From the NCBI GenBank assembly GCA_951406725.2, contig OX597838.1, positions 33,852,001-33,916,000 of the forward strand: a DNA stretch of 64,000 nucleotides. Direction: 5' to 3'. The DNA comes from Octopus vulgaris (Eukaryota). The translations under genes were made by a program, and so were the position numbers. Of this stretch, positions 1-12,050 are shown in pieces. The notes beneath the pieces are model-generated. The model saw only the letters and a list, made by a program, of their open reading frames with translations. It had not been told where the DNA came from and made no database searches. Numbering within the stretch: position 1 is the first letter of the stretch; each line of letters begins with the position of its first letter.

Positions 1-210
1 GACCTTTAAATCATAAGGTATGATACTTAAACCTTTAGGTATGATACTTAGATCTTTAAACATGACCCTTAAATCTTTACATATGGCCCTTAAATTGTTA
101 AATATAACCCTTAAATTTTTATATTAATTGTTACATATGATCATTAAATTGTTATGTATGGCCCTTAAATTGTTAAATATGACCCTTAAATCTTTGAATA
201 TGTCTCTGAA
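1..210. repeat. Degenerate ~21-bp minisatellite (tatgacccttaaatctttaaa-like)
   Basis: Recurrent atgacccttaaat(c/t) motif at about 21-bp spacing. Confidence 0.7.
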
Positions 211-230
211 ATTATTTCCTCTTGTTGCAG

Positions 231-290
231 GTGTTGCTTTATAAACAGAGCATCATCCCTTATTATACATCTCAGAAATCCTTATTGTAA
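231..290 (+). other. Possible start of the terminal exon of an upstream gene, followed by 3'UTR-like sequence
   Basis: Acceptor-like tttcctcttgttgcag|G at 229-230, followed by non-repetitive sequence rich in A tracts. Frame and product are unknown. Confidence 0.25.
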
Positions 291-805
291 AAGCCTGCCT
301 AACTGCTTGGTTGCCATTTGTAATGTCGTCTCCCTTAAAAAAAAAAAAGGTGACTTTGTGTCAAAACTAAACTTCTTTATGTAAAAAAACAAACAACTTC
401 ATGTATTAAAAAAAATTGGCTATTTTATGTGGAAAAAAAAAAAAAGAATACTTTCTGTAAAGAAACAGTTTACATTTTGTACAAAAAAAATTACTGTATG
501 TTAAAAAAAAAACAAGAAAAACAGTCCAGTTTGTGTCAGAAAAAAATGCTTACATCATGTTTAAGCAGGCTGTTCTGTATGCAACACCAATATTTGTTCA
601 GTTAGTTTCCATTATGTGAAGCAGCTTATATATTATATAATTATTACAAACAGGCCAGACTATGTTGAGGCAGGCTACCATTTGCAAAAACAGTCTCTGT
701 GATGATGTGAAATGAGCCATTTTATTTTTTAAAAGCAGACTGCCATCGTTCATAGCAGCGTCCATTGTGTAAAGCAGCCATTGTTGATGTTGATGTTGTT
801 ATTGT

Positions 806-845
<40 letters not shown>

Positions 846-855
846 GTTGTTATTT

Positions 856-1070
856 AAGGCGGTGAGCTGGCAGAATTGTTAGCACTCTGGGCAAAATGCT
901 TAGCGGCATTTCATTCAGTTATTTTACATTCTGAGTTCAAATTCTGCCAAGGTCAACTTTGCCTTTCATCCTTTTGGGGTCAATGAAATAAGTACCAGTG
1001 AAACACTGGGGTCGATGTAGTCGACTAGTTCCCTCCCCCTAAGTTTCAGGCTTTGTTCCTTTAGTAGAAA
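856..1070 (+). mobile_element. SINE family B (Nin/Deu-domain-like), short-tail type
   Basis: aaggcggtgagctggcagaa head, gagttcaaattc B-box, gcctttcatccttttggggtc core, tail followed by (att)n. Confidence 0.85.
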
Positions 1071-1211
1071 GAAAGAATTATTATTATTATTATTAAGAAA
1101 AGAAGAAGAGCGCAACTGTTATTAGTAATAAATAGAGATTGACTCTATTTATTAAAGTGAAAGTAAAACAAATCATTTTAATAAACAGAGTCAGTCTCTA
1201 TTTATAACCAA

Positions 1212-1538
1212 CTAGCAGCATAGCCCAGCATTGCCCGGGTATGTAAGAACCCCTAGTAGGCAACGACTTGCGGCTGCAGCTGCGATTAGCAGAAGTATGC
1301 TAAGGTTATGTTGTCTGGTCATGTTTTCTCTCGTTGACTGCTTGAAGTGGCGGAATTTATAAATTTTTTTCAGAACTGGGGGAACTTTTCAAAATTTTCG
1401 CTGCGTTAGTTTTGAATTATGACATTGGGCTATGTGTGTGTCAAGTTTCATCAGAATCGGTTGAAAGCCGTGGTCAGGGTGAGGGTACAACCTGACAGGC
1501 ACACAGACAGACAACCTGCCTTTTATATATAGAGAAGA
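1212..1538 (-). mobile_element. Non-autonomous Helitron
   Basis: Minus strand begins A|TCttctctatatataaaaggcag and ends with hairpin cccgggcaatgctggg about 10 nt before CTAG|T. No TSD. Confidence 0.8.
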
Positions 1539-1539
1539 T

Positions 1540-1556
1540 GCATATACTTCGGCAAT

Positions 1557-1595
<39 letters not shown>

Positions 1596-1648
1596 AGGCC
1601 CCTGTGCAAGGATGACACGCAAATTCGTGAAGCGTTCAATATTTTTTT
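1540..1648 (+). pseudogene. U6: U6 snRNA retrocopy, near full length
   Basis: cttcggcaatacatatactaaaattggaacgatACAGAGAagattAGCaaggcccctgtgcaaggatgacacgcaaattcgtgaagcgttcaatattttttt matches U6 with a few substitutions. It is fused directly to a retroposon tail and no recognisable upstream promoter is present. Confidence 0.93.
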
Positions 1649-1702
1649 CAAAGGTGGTGCTCCAGCATGGCCACAGTCAAATGACTGAAACAAGTAAAAG
1701 AG
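1649..1702 (+). mobile_element. 3' tail of SINE family A joined to the U6 oligo(T)
   Basis: aaaggtggtgctccagcatggccacagtcaaatgactgaaacaagtaaaagag is the same tail as at 4935-4987 and 10641-10700. Confidence 0.9.
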
Positions 1703-1771
1703 TAATAACAGTCGCTCTCTTCTTCTTTCTTCACCTTCGTGAAGAGTAACTTCAATCTTGAAATATTATTA

Positions 1772-1817
<46 letters not shown>

Positions 1818-1856
1818 TGCTTTCGTATAAATTCCTGTTAATTTCTTAATAATTTC

Positions 1857-2108
1857 TTAACCCTTTAACTGCAAAATTAAATTTCGTAATTATTCCAGTA
1901 ACGGTGTTAAATATCTTCTGCAAAACAGAATCAGTATTTTCTGTAAGTCCCATTGCCTCAATAAATCTGTCATATGTGAACAGAAAGCAGTTCCAAACAT
2001 GACATTCCCCAACAAAAGATGATACACTGGTATATAAAACTGTTTTCTGCAGTTAAGGCTAATGAAATTTTGATTGGTTATATCTGATTTCGGCAGTAAA
2101 AGGTTTAA
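1857..2108. mobile_element. piggyBac-type MITE; related copies near 17200-17425 and 17528-17770
   Basis: ttaa|ccctttaactgc...gcagtaaaaggt|ttaa: TTAA-flanked with CCC-initiated terminal inverted repeats. Confidence 0.65.
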
Positions 2109-2594
2109 TGTTTCTTTTTTATAAATTTATTTATTTATTGATACAATGAAATATTTTCTAAATTTTTTCACTCAGTTTAATAATTATGAAGTTACTACTG
2201 AGTATTTTTTTCTTTCTTCTTTTTTTTTATATATATTTTTTGATGGAGTAAATCAGAAATCCCTGTTTGTCAATTAAATATTTGGAAAAACATTTAAAAA
2301 AAAAACTATACGAAAAATCCAAAATAAAATTCTTAAAAAGAAAAACACCTCCAAGAATTTATAAACTAATTCTGGTGTAATTATCTCCCAGCTGACTTAT
2401 AACTTTTTTTTTTATTCCAAGTTGCTAGCTTATTTTAGCTCACCTAGGTCTAGGTGACTTTGAGAAAGGCATGAATGTTACATATTCTTGTTATGCTCCA
2501 CCTGCCTCCATCTTACCAAAGCCAAGCGGCTTTTTTTATCAACAAAATTATGAAATGCCAAACCAGATAGGCACAACTGTGGTGGAAAGGATGT

Positions 2595-2631
<37 letters not shown>

Positions 2632-2655
2632 CATATATACAAACATTGATATATC

Positions 2656-2688
<33 letters not shown>

Positions 2689-3649
2689 AACATATATACT
2701 CACATATTACATGTATATATACTTTAGTTTTATTCCACGTTTGCTTAGAAAAGTTCTAGAACATTTTTTTTTGCCTGGAAGTTGTCAAAGTCTGCAGTTA
2801 AACATTTGTGATTTACCAGAGCTCCTCCGTCAACCTGCTGACAAGACATTAGATTTAACTGGCACTTTACCCAGAGTTCAGTCTGATTTGCAACCTGCTG
2901 ATCACAGAATTAAGGCCATGATTTTGCAAGAGCTCAACCTGAAACCTGCTGACAGCAGATTTAATGCCACACACAAAGAAATTTTTTTTTTCCTTTTTTC
3001 CTTCTTCTTTATCCTGTTTTTATTTTATTTTATTTTTTTTAAGGCATTCAAACTTCTTTAAAATTAAAAAAAAAAATAAAACCATGACGCAAATATATTT
3101 TGTATGCACCAAAATATATTTTATATGTTTCAATATGTAATTTATATGTAAAAAAGAAAAAAAAAAATGAAAAAATATTCGATTCTGAAAAAAAAATGAT
3201 AGCAAACAAATAGAAAAAAAAAGCATAAATATAAATTTGAGTTGGATAAAATCTGAAAAAAATTATTGACTTTCAACTAAAAACAAAACTAAATTTGTTT
3301 CTCAGTGTGTAACATTAATTTATATTTTTTTATTTTTATTTTTGTTAATGTTTAAATATCTTAAATATCCCAAAATATATTTTTCTTTGTTTCACACACA
3401 CACATACACACAAAAATATTTTTAAAAAACCAAAAAAAAAATTGAATTCAGATATCGGTTGAAATGATAAAAATATTAATGTTTTTTTCTTGCTTGAAAA
3501 TAAAAATAAATTTCAAAACAAATTACATTTATCAAACATAATTGTTTCATTTGGACCAAAACATAATTAAAATTCTTAAAATTCTAATTTTCATGCCCAA
3601 ATTAAATTCACATAGAAGCAACTTTCATACCCCCCCCCATACTAATATT

Positions 3650-3696
<47 letters not shown>

Positions 3697-4604
3697 CACA
3701 TATATATGTATATATACATATATGTATGTATATATATACATATGTATATGTATATATATATATATATATATACATACACACACACACATATATTGTACAC
3801 AAAGCTAAAAGATATGTATGTATAAATATATATATGAATTTATGTATACACATACATGCAAGCATATATATGATGTATGTATAAATATATATATATTGTA
3901 TTCTTAATTTTTTATACATCTGCTTTTCTTCATTTTCAAAATTATTTTGAAAATAATTTAATAAGTTCTGTTTATTTTCCTGAATAATTTTTTATATATA
4001 TATATATTATTTTTTTTTTCTTTCTCTCTTATTAATCAGTATTCTAAGAATGTCAGTTTTTTGGTGCAACTGATAAAACGGCAGGCAGAATAATGCCTTA
4101 AGTCATTTAGTCTGCAGCCCTTTAAGTTTGTACTTTCAAATTCCCACCAAGTTTGTGATCAACTTTACCTTTCATTGTCCAACTTTACCTTCCGTCGTTT
4201 CAAGATGTCCAATTAGTGGGTTTGGTGTCATTGACTGTTGTTCGTTCCTTACCAAATTTGGGATCTTCGGTGCCATGTTAGAAATTAGTATTATCAAAAT
4301 GTTGGAATTTGAATGTAATGCTACAAAAGAGTTACTCTTGGAATCAAACCTTTGTGAAATTAACTTTAATTTGACATATTACTAGGGCAATTATTTTGTG
4401 TGTGTGTAGACATTTTTATATATGTATGTATGTATACACATACAGAAAGATGTATATATGCATATATACATCCATGTATACATATATATGTATAGGCAAA
4501 TCATTAGAGTTGCCTATGCAGCTAAATGCTTTGTAGGCATGAGACCAGTGGTTGCTCTCTAACTAGTCATAAGAAGTAACCTTCTAAATATATATATATA
4601 TATA

Positions 4605-4987
4605 GGCGCAGGAGTGGCTGTGTGGTAAGTAGCTTGCTAACCAACCACATGGTTTTGGGTTCAGTCCCACTGCGTGGCACCTTGGGCAAGTGTCTTCTAC
4701 TATAGCCTCGGGCCGACCAAAGCCTTGTGAGTTGATTTGGTGAACGGAAACTGAAAGAAGCCCATCGTATATATGTATATATATATGTGTGTGTCTGTGT
4801 TTGTTCCCCCAACATCACTTGACAACCGATGCTGGTGTGTTTACGTTCCTGTCACTTAGCAGTTCAGCAAAAGAGACTGATAGAATAAGTACTAGGCTTA
4901 CAAAGAATAAGTCCTGGGGTCGATTTGCTCGACTAAAGGCGGTGCTCCAGCATGGCCGCAGTCAAATGACTGAAACAAGTAAAAGAG
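4605..4987 (+). mobile_element. SINE family A (tRNA-derived, CORE-like), full length
   Basis: A/B-box-like head ggcgcaggagtggctgtgtgg...gggttcagtccc, ccttgggcaag core, internal (TA/TG)n, and aagtaaaagag tail. Confidence 0.9.
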
Positions 4988-5481
4988 TATATATATATAT
5001 AAAACACACACACACATATGCATTTTCTTACTTAAGAATATTACATACATACATGCATATATATATATATATATACACATACATATATGTATATGTTTGT
5101 ATATATACATATATATATTGTTTTTCATCACTTACACTGAGTTATAAAGATATTTAATTGAAAACAAAACCAATTAAAAAAAACATTGAAAAATAAGTAA
5201 TAAAGCAAATCAGTTGGTTTTATAACCAAAGACTTGAGTTCCAACTGAAAAATTAAATGTACGTAAAAAAAAAAGAAAAAAAAAACAGAATCCATGTTTT
5301 GGCCATTTGGCTAAATATGTTGTGTAAACAGTTTTTATTTCTGTTTTAAAGATCTTTATAGACACAATAATGTTTTTTTTTTTTCGTATTTGTACCGAAA
5401 TTTGAGAAATTTGCCATGTTTGCTGAAAACTCAAAACCTTCTTTATGATATTTGCCCAGACAAATACAAATACAATACATG

Positions 5482-5521
<40 letters not shown>

Positions 5522-5666
5522 TATTAACACACCTATATATTTATATATATATATATACAATAATATTTTACATTACTTGATAGTCAAGATATTGTATAGA
5601 TAAATTTCCTCTATTTACATAATATTGAGGTCTCTTTCTTTCTTTTGTTATCTTACCGTTTTACCA

Positions 5667-5710
<44 letters not shown>

Positions 5711-5767
5711 ATACACACTTACATATACACATACACGTATGCACACATACACATGCATATATATATA

Positions 5768-5912
5768 CAGTCGTGGCCAAAAGTTACGAACATTTTTTTT
5801 TAATCAAAAGTGTTATGCCCATTTACTATTCAATTCAAAACAAATATATTTGGACATTTCAGATAAAAATTCTAATTTTCAGACTTATGTTCCAAACTTT
5901 TGGTCATGACTA
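5768..5912. mobile_element. Tc1-like MITE
   Basis: TA|cagtcgtggccaaaagtt ... aacttttggtcatgacta|TA terminal inverted repeats. Confidence 0.75.
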
Positions 5913-5942
5913 TATATAAATGTTTTGAATCTTTTCTTTTTT

Positions 5943-6212
5943 TTAAGCCAAAACAATGCAAGTTCTAAAGAATAAATACAAGTGGATGGTTTGTACTATT
6001 ACTTTTTATTTCAGTACTTCGGGGTTAGGCCCCCTTCAGCAAATCTTCAGAGTTATGATGTTGTGAGTTGACTTCTCTGTTTTGTTGTGTGTGTGTGTAT
6101 ATATATACAAGCCTGAAGAAGGGGTTGTAACCCTGAAATATTGAATTAGGTAAAAGTACTAAACATCATCTTGTATTATTTCTTATAATTCACATTGTTT
6201 TGGATTTAAAAG
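5943..6212. mobile_element. Degenerate fold-back element with hammerhead-like cores (Penelope-like relic)
   Basis: Imperfect inverted arms; CTGAAGA-A-GGGG-ttgtaa-CCCT-GAAA at 6113-6138 and a decayed reverse copy near 6010-6042. Confidence 0.5.
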
Positions 6213-6252
6213 ATTAAAAACACACACACATATATATATACGTACACATATG

Positions 6253-6286
<34 letters not shown>

Positions 6287-6357
6287 CGTACACACATGTA
6301 AACACACGCTCATACACACACAAATAATGCAAGCCTTATGTTTGTAGTCTCCCTTAG

Positions 6358-6412
<55 letters not shown>

Positions 6413-6643
6413 TTATTGTCATAATTTTTTTGTTTTGTTTTGTGTTTTTTTTTTAATGTGGAGATGTGAGATAGAGGATTTAAAACACTGTTCTAATTGG
6501 AAATAATTGTTTAAGAGATGTTAATCTAAGGTCTCTCTACTCTGTAGATCATCCTGTTATGCAAAAAGAGATGTGAAAGTCATCCCAAAGCCATATTGGA
6601 ATGTCACAACATAAATACTATTAATATTATTATTATTGTCATT

Positions 6644-6858
6644 AAGGTGAGAGCTGGCAGAATCGTTAGCACAGCACAAAAAATGCTTAGCAGCACTTCA
6701 TCTATTTTTACATTCTGAGTTCAAATTCCACCAAGGTTGACTTTACTTTTCATCTTTTCGGGGTCGATAAATAAAGTATCAGTTATGCACTGGAGTCAAT
6801 GTAACTGACTAGTTCCCCGTCCCCACAAATTTCAGGCCTTGTGCCTATAGTAGAAAGG

Positions 6859-6905
<47 letters not shown>

Positions 6906-7117
6906 AGGTGGCAAGCTGGCAGAATCATTAGCACACTGGGCAAAATGCTTAGTGGTATTTCATCTGTCTTTACATTCTGAGTTCAAATTCTGCTGAGGTC
7001 GACTTTGTATTCCATCCTTTCGGGGTTGATAAAATAAGTACCAGTTGTCTACTGAGGTTGTTGTAATCGACTTACCCCCCGCCGCTATAATTACTGGCCT
7101 TGTGCCAAAATTTGAAA

Positions 7118-7161
<44 letters not shown>

Positions 7162-7371
7162 TAAGACATTGAGCCGGCAGAATTGTTATTGCACTTGGCA
7201 AAATGCTCAGCAGCATTACTCTCTGATTCTGAGTTCAAATTCTGCCAAGGTCGACTTTGCCTTTCACCCCTTCAGGGTCAATAAAATTAGTACCAGTTGG
7301 ACATTGGGGTCACTGTAATTGACTTACCCCCTTCACCCTGAACTTGCTGTCCATATACCAAAATTTGGAAC

Positions 7372-7422
<51 letters not shown>

Positions 7423-7640
7423 GGCAGCGAGCTGGAGGAATTGTTAGCGCACCAGACAAAATACTTAGTGGTATTTCATCTGCCACTATGTCCTGAGTTC
7501 AAATTCCACCGAGGTTGACTTTGCCTTTCATCCTTTTGGGGGTCGATGAAATAAGTACCAGTTGAACACTGAGGGTTGATGTAATTGACTTAACCCCTCC
7601 CCCCCCCCAAGATTCTTGCCCTTGCGGTAAAATTTGAGAT
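6644..7640 (+). mobile_element. Head-to-tail array of four SINE family B copies separated by (att)n
   Basis: Heads at about 6644, 6905, 7165 and 7421; each copy ends in or before (att)n. Confidence 0.88.
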
Positions 7641-7675
7641 TATTATCATCATAATCATCATCATCACTATCATAG

Positions 7676-8165
7676 ACGTCACACAGTATCCAATATCCCG
7701 AGGTTGTTGATTGAAGAAATTGTGTGTGCCAAGGGGTTTGAACAGTTTGTCAAGTCACAACAAGGACCTCAGGCAGACAGTATGATATGCAATATGTGTA
7801 CAGTTCCAAGTAATGCCAACTTTTGCAATACATCTAGATTGTAGGGTATTTCTAAGGTTTTCAGATGTTCCTTTCAGTTTGGGTGGTATCGAACCCAATG
7901 CTCCGATGACAATAGGGATAACCTTTATGTTTGACTCTCGTAGCTGCCACATCTTAGCGATCTCAATTCTCAGGTCTCCATATTTATCAACCTGTTCTCT
8001 TTCTTTCATGACGATATGCTGATCTCCTGGCACTGCCATATTCGATTATTAGGCACTCTTGTTTGTCCCTCCTAAAGGTTACTATATCTGGCCTTCGGTG
8101 CTCTAACACCTTGTCTGTCTGGAAATCAAAGTCCCAGAGGATTTTTGCCTTCCCCTTTTTGTCCA
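7676..8165 (-). mobile_element. Dong/R4-clade non-LTR retrotransposon 3' fragment (restriction-like endonuclease domain), frameshifted
   Basis: Translates to AKILWDFDFQTDKVLEHRRPDIV...MAVPGDQHIVMKEREQVDKYGDL...VIPIVIGALG: the RPD...K.KY REL motif. The 5' truncation abuts (taa)n. Confidence 0.85.
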
Positions 8166-8179
8166 TTATTATTATTGTT

Positions 8180-8573
8180 GTGTGAGAGAGCAGTGCATGC
8201 CATCAAAGTGACACTGGGGTAAAATATACGAAGCCCAGTATACCCATCATGACTACCCGTCTGGTAAGGGCACACTAAGCACATGCATACAGCGCATGAC
8301 CTTGCAAGTGGGGCCCAGTTAGAATTTTCTTCTGGTCAAGTAGCCCATCCCACTCAAAAGGTCCCTGAATAAGGATTGTGTAAGGATGTTGAACGAACCA
8401 ACCACCCATTTTTCCAAAGGTGAATTATCCAAACCCCAAAGAATTCCTCTCAACACATGTCTATGATGCTCCCCCACTACTTCTGCTCATGATCAGAGAT
8501 GCACATATCATCAGCCACTAAGAGACATGCTCAACTGGTTAAGATCAAACAACTGACAAGCAAATCTGTGGTA
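8180..8573 (-). mobile_element. Non-autonomous (TAA)n-associated element (family G), partial
   Basis: Reverse complement of parts of 57189-57744; flanked by (att)n. Confidence 0.75.
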
Positions 8574-8599
8574 TTATTATTATTATTATTATTATTATT

Positions 8600-9000
8600 A
8601 AAGTGATGGGTTGGCTGAATCATTAGCATGTCAGAAAAAATCTTAGCAGCATTCCATTTGGCTCATTATGCTCTGAGTTCAATTTCTACTGAAGTCGACT
8701 TTGCCTTTTATGTTTTTTGGGGTGGGGCGGTTGATAAAATAAGTATCATTTGAGCACTGGAGTTAATGTAAATGGCTTGCCCCCTCCCCTCAAATCTCAG
8801 GCCTTGAATCTATGTTTGAAAGGATTGTTATTGCTATTGTTATTAAGGTGGTGAACCAGTAGAATTGTTACCATGCCGAATTGTCACAGAGTGCTTAGCG
8901 GCATTTATCCCAGTTTTACATTCTTGGTTCAAATGCTGTCAAGGTCAACTTTTTGCCTTTTATTCTTTCAGGGTCAATAAAATGAGTTCTAGTCAAGCCT
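8600..9000 (+). mobile_element. Two diverged SINE family B copies
   Basis: Degenerate heads and gactttgccttt cores after (att)n. Confidence 0.7.
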
Positions 9001-9487
9001 TGGAAAGTGAAGTTCCTCCCCGAGTCATATAGATTCATCAGGGCTGGTTTCCATGGTGTATACATTCCCCCTGGAGAGGATGCCAGTCTGTCGCATGGTT
9101 ACTCACTTTTGCCTCCTGAGTGGACTGCAACAATGAGGTCCATCTCTGCTCTCCGTCACTAGCAGCCCTGAGCCAGTTCTTCCGCTGGTAGCAGAAAATT
9201 GGTACAAGTGTTTACCATAATCTCAGTGGCCTTCATACTTCAGGATTTTCCTTGTTAGAGTTTTCCATCTGAGTTAACTGCCTGAATTCAACATGGCTTA
9301 AAGTCCAATCTGCCCTTATAGACTAAATGTGCACCTGAACACCGAACCATTCAACAGATTATACCAGGTCACATGACAGCAGTAGCATTTAAAAGCAACC
9401 TGACATATATACTTAGCATATACATATACACACACATATATGTATTATATATATATATATATCTTTCAACTTCCGTTCTTTCAACAT

Positions 9488-9693
9488 GTGATCTCGTGAG
9501 CACCGCCAGCAATTTTTTTTCATCTGTCTTCCCTTCTCGGGATCTTTCCTTCTCCTTTGTTTCCGACGAAGAGCTCCGCTCGAAACGTTAAACCCTCCTT
9601 CTTCCCTTCTTTCCTGAGCAACCAATAATACTTTATTTGTTCCACGTCCTCGCGTTGCTGTGTTTTTTTTGTGTTTTCTTGTTTGGGTTAACT
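9488..9693 (+). mobile_element. Short TA-flanked element with a mutated minimal hammerhead core (copy 1 of 3)
   Basis: Homologous to 23453-23655 and 25074-25293. Core reads CCGACGA-A-GAGC-tcc-GCTC-GAAA-CG-TT (U4 to C). Confidence 0.75.
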
Positions 9694-10291
9694 ATATATA
9701 TATATATACATATATGTGCTCCATCCAAGATTGAGATAAGTGCCAGCATTCCCATGTAGCAGGCTTGATAAATGTTGAGAGATTTCTCTGCCCATGAAAC
9801 CATTGGTAGCCTTGTTGATGAAGGAAAAGAGAAATAAAGAAAGCTTCTAACAATGCATAAAATTTACAAACAAAAAATCCCTAATATTTTGGGCACAAGG
9901 CCTATCTTCAGAAGGATATGGTCAAATTTACTGTTCAGGCTGCCACTTTTATCAGTAGTCATGTTAAACTCCCTCTGTTGCATGATCCTATAGGGTTCTG
10001 GTAGTCCAAAAAGACCTACAGCATAATTATAAATATAAAGTCTTGTGTGTGTGTTTGTATGTGTAAAGGGAGTTTGATAACAAGATGTGGAGAATACTCC
10101 TGCTTTTAAAATAGTTCCTCGTATTTTTAGCTGGGGGAACCAGGAAGTTTTTTTACACTGGTAGAGAAACTTGTGACCCTTAAACCCTCATACATAATCT
10201 TTAATCAATATGCAGAAAAAATTTATTGGCCCCTTTTGTCTTATTTTAGGATAGAGAGTATGCTTGATGGGAAAAAATTAAAATTAATGTA

Positions 10292-10700
10292 GGCGCAAGA
10301 GTGGCTGTGTGGTAAGTAGCTTGTTTACCAACCACATGATTCCAGGTTCAGTCCCACTGTGTGGCATCTTGGGCAAGTGTCTTCTACTATAGCCTCGGGC
10401 CGACCAAAGCCTTGTGAGTGGATTTGGTAGATGGAAACTGAAAGAAGCCCGTCGTATATATGTATATATATATGTATGCGTGTGTGTTTTTGTGTGTCTG
10501 TGTTTGTCCCCCAAGCATTGCTTGACAACCGATGCTGGTGTGTTTATGTCCCCGTTATTTAGCGGTTCGGCAAAAGAGACCGATAGAATAAGTACTGAGC
10601 TTACAAAAGAATAAGTCCCGGGGTCGAGTTGCTCGATTAAAAAGGCGGTGCTCCAGCATGGCCGCAGTCAAATGACTGAAACAAGTAAAAGAGTAAAGAG
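10292..10700 (+). mobile_element. SINE family A, full length
   Basis: Same head, core and tail as 4605-4987. Confidence 0.9.
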
Positions 10701-11229
10701 TATCCATCACACACACACACAAAGTCCTAAAATGTCAAAAATTCTGTAACAACCACAAGATGGCCTTGCATGTATTAAAGTCATTCAGTTGTAAGGAAAC
10801 TCTTAAGAGAACAGTCTGTATTTGAAGCGACCAAGAGTTACCATCTCATATAATAGGTTTAAAAGCAATATGTAGTAATGGTATATCAGTGAAGACCGGT
10901 GACCTATTGATTATGGTGTCATATTCACAATTACAAGATAGCGGTTTCAATTCCTGAACAATGTGATACATTATGTTCTTGAGCAAAACACTCAATTTCA
11001 TTTCGCTCTGTGATTACTTCACTATCAGACACATGGCATACAGTGTACCTGCACAGGTGTTTGTATGTGTAAAGGGAGTTTGATAACAAGATGTGGAGAA
11101 TACTCCTGCTTTTAAAATAGTTCCTCGTATTTTTAGCTGGGGGAACCAGGAAGTTTTTTTACACTGGTAGAGAAACTTGTGACCCTTAAACCCTCATACA
11201 TAATCTTTAATCAATATGCAGAAAAAATT

Positions 11230-11296
<67 letters not shown>

Positions 11297-11299
<3 letters not shown>

Positions 11300-11460
11300 G
11301 GAGTAAACACATAAATGTGAAACAAGGTGGAAAAAAAGAGTACTCAAATGCCAGTGGTAGAGCAATATGCTTTATTTAAAGCAACAGAAAATTCTACAAA
11401 ACCTGTTACTCTGAGTAACAGGTTTTGTTGAATTTTCTGCTGCTTTAAACAAAGTATATA
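11297..11460. mobile_element. TA-flanked element ending in a near-perfect hairpin centred at 11412
   Basis: tttaaagcaacagaaaattc..acaaaacctgttACTC-T-GAGTaacaggttttgt..gaattttctgctgctttaaa; the right arm is homologous to 23701-23750. Confidence 0.75.
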
Positions 11461-11524
11461 TATATATATATATATACACTATCAGACACATGGCATACAG
11501 TATACCTGCACAGGTGTGTATGTG

Positions 11525-11598
<74 letters not shown>

Positions 11599-11715
11599 AG
11601 AAGCAAAGATGACCAATTTGTTGTTAATAATAAACAATTATTAACTTCTTAATCTCCCTTTTCTTTTCTTATATACATATATATGTATATGTATGTATAT
11701 ATATATAAGTATGTA

Positions 11716-12050
11716 TAACCTGAAGTCATGCAATATTCCCCTTTCTTCCTGGGGAAACAAAGCATCAGAACGCAGGATCTTGCACCAGTCCTGCTTCTTC
11801 TCAGTTCAAACTATGTGAACTCCAAAATCGGACCAACTTTGTGCAAGCATGCAGAGAAAACATGCTCTTCTAAATGGAAACCTTCCCTATCATTGTGGTT
11901 TTGTGGCATGAAGCAAAGCAGGCCTTGCCGTCCACTCAAGGAAACACATAGTGATTGATCCACAAGCACTGTGTCCTCAACTTGTTCCATTAGCCAAAAG
12001 GTTTGCAAAGCGCCAACAGACCTCAAGAGACACATTCATGTCCATAGAAC
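11716..12050 (+). mobile_element. RTE (BovB-like) LINE C-terminal relic with two decayed C2H2-like fingers
   Basis: Frameshifted NLKSCNIPLSSWGNKASERR...PYHCGF/SKAGLAVHSRKH...CSIsQKVCKAPTDLKRHIHVH. Confidence 0.65.

Noticed and set aside
1521-1648. Functional U6 gene with a TATA box
   Set aside because: The TATA-like run belongs to the Helitron end and is too close to the start. U6 has substitutions and a retroposon tail and interrupts another repeat.
2711-3061. 116-aa ORF with repeated QPAD motifs
   Set aside because: Short degenerate aacctgctga repeats in UTR-like DNA ending in poly(T); no coding support.
11860-12050. Host C2H2 zinc-finger gene exon
   Set aside because: Frameshifted, lacks TGEKP linkers, and is preceded by RTE C-terminal motifs.
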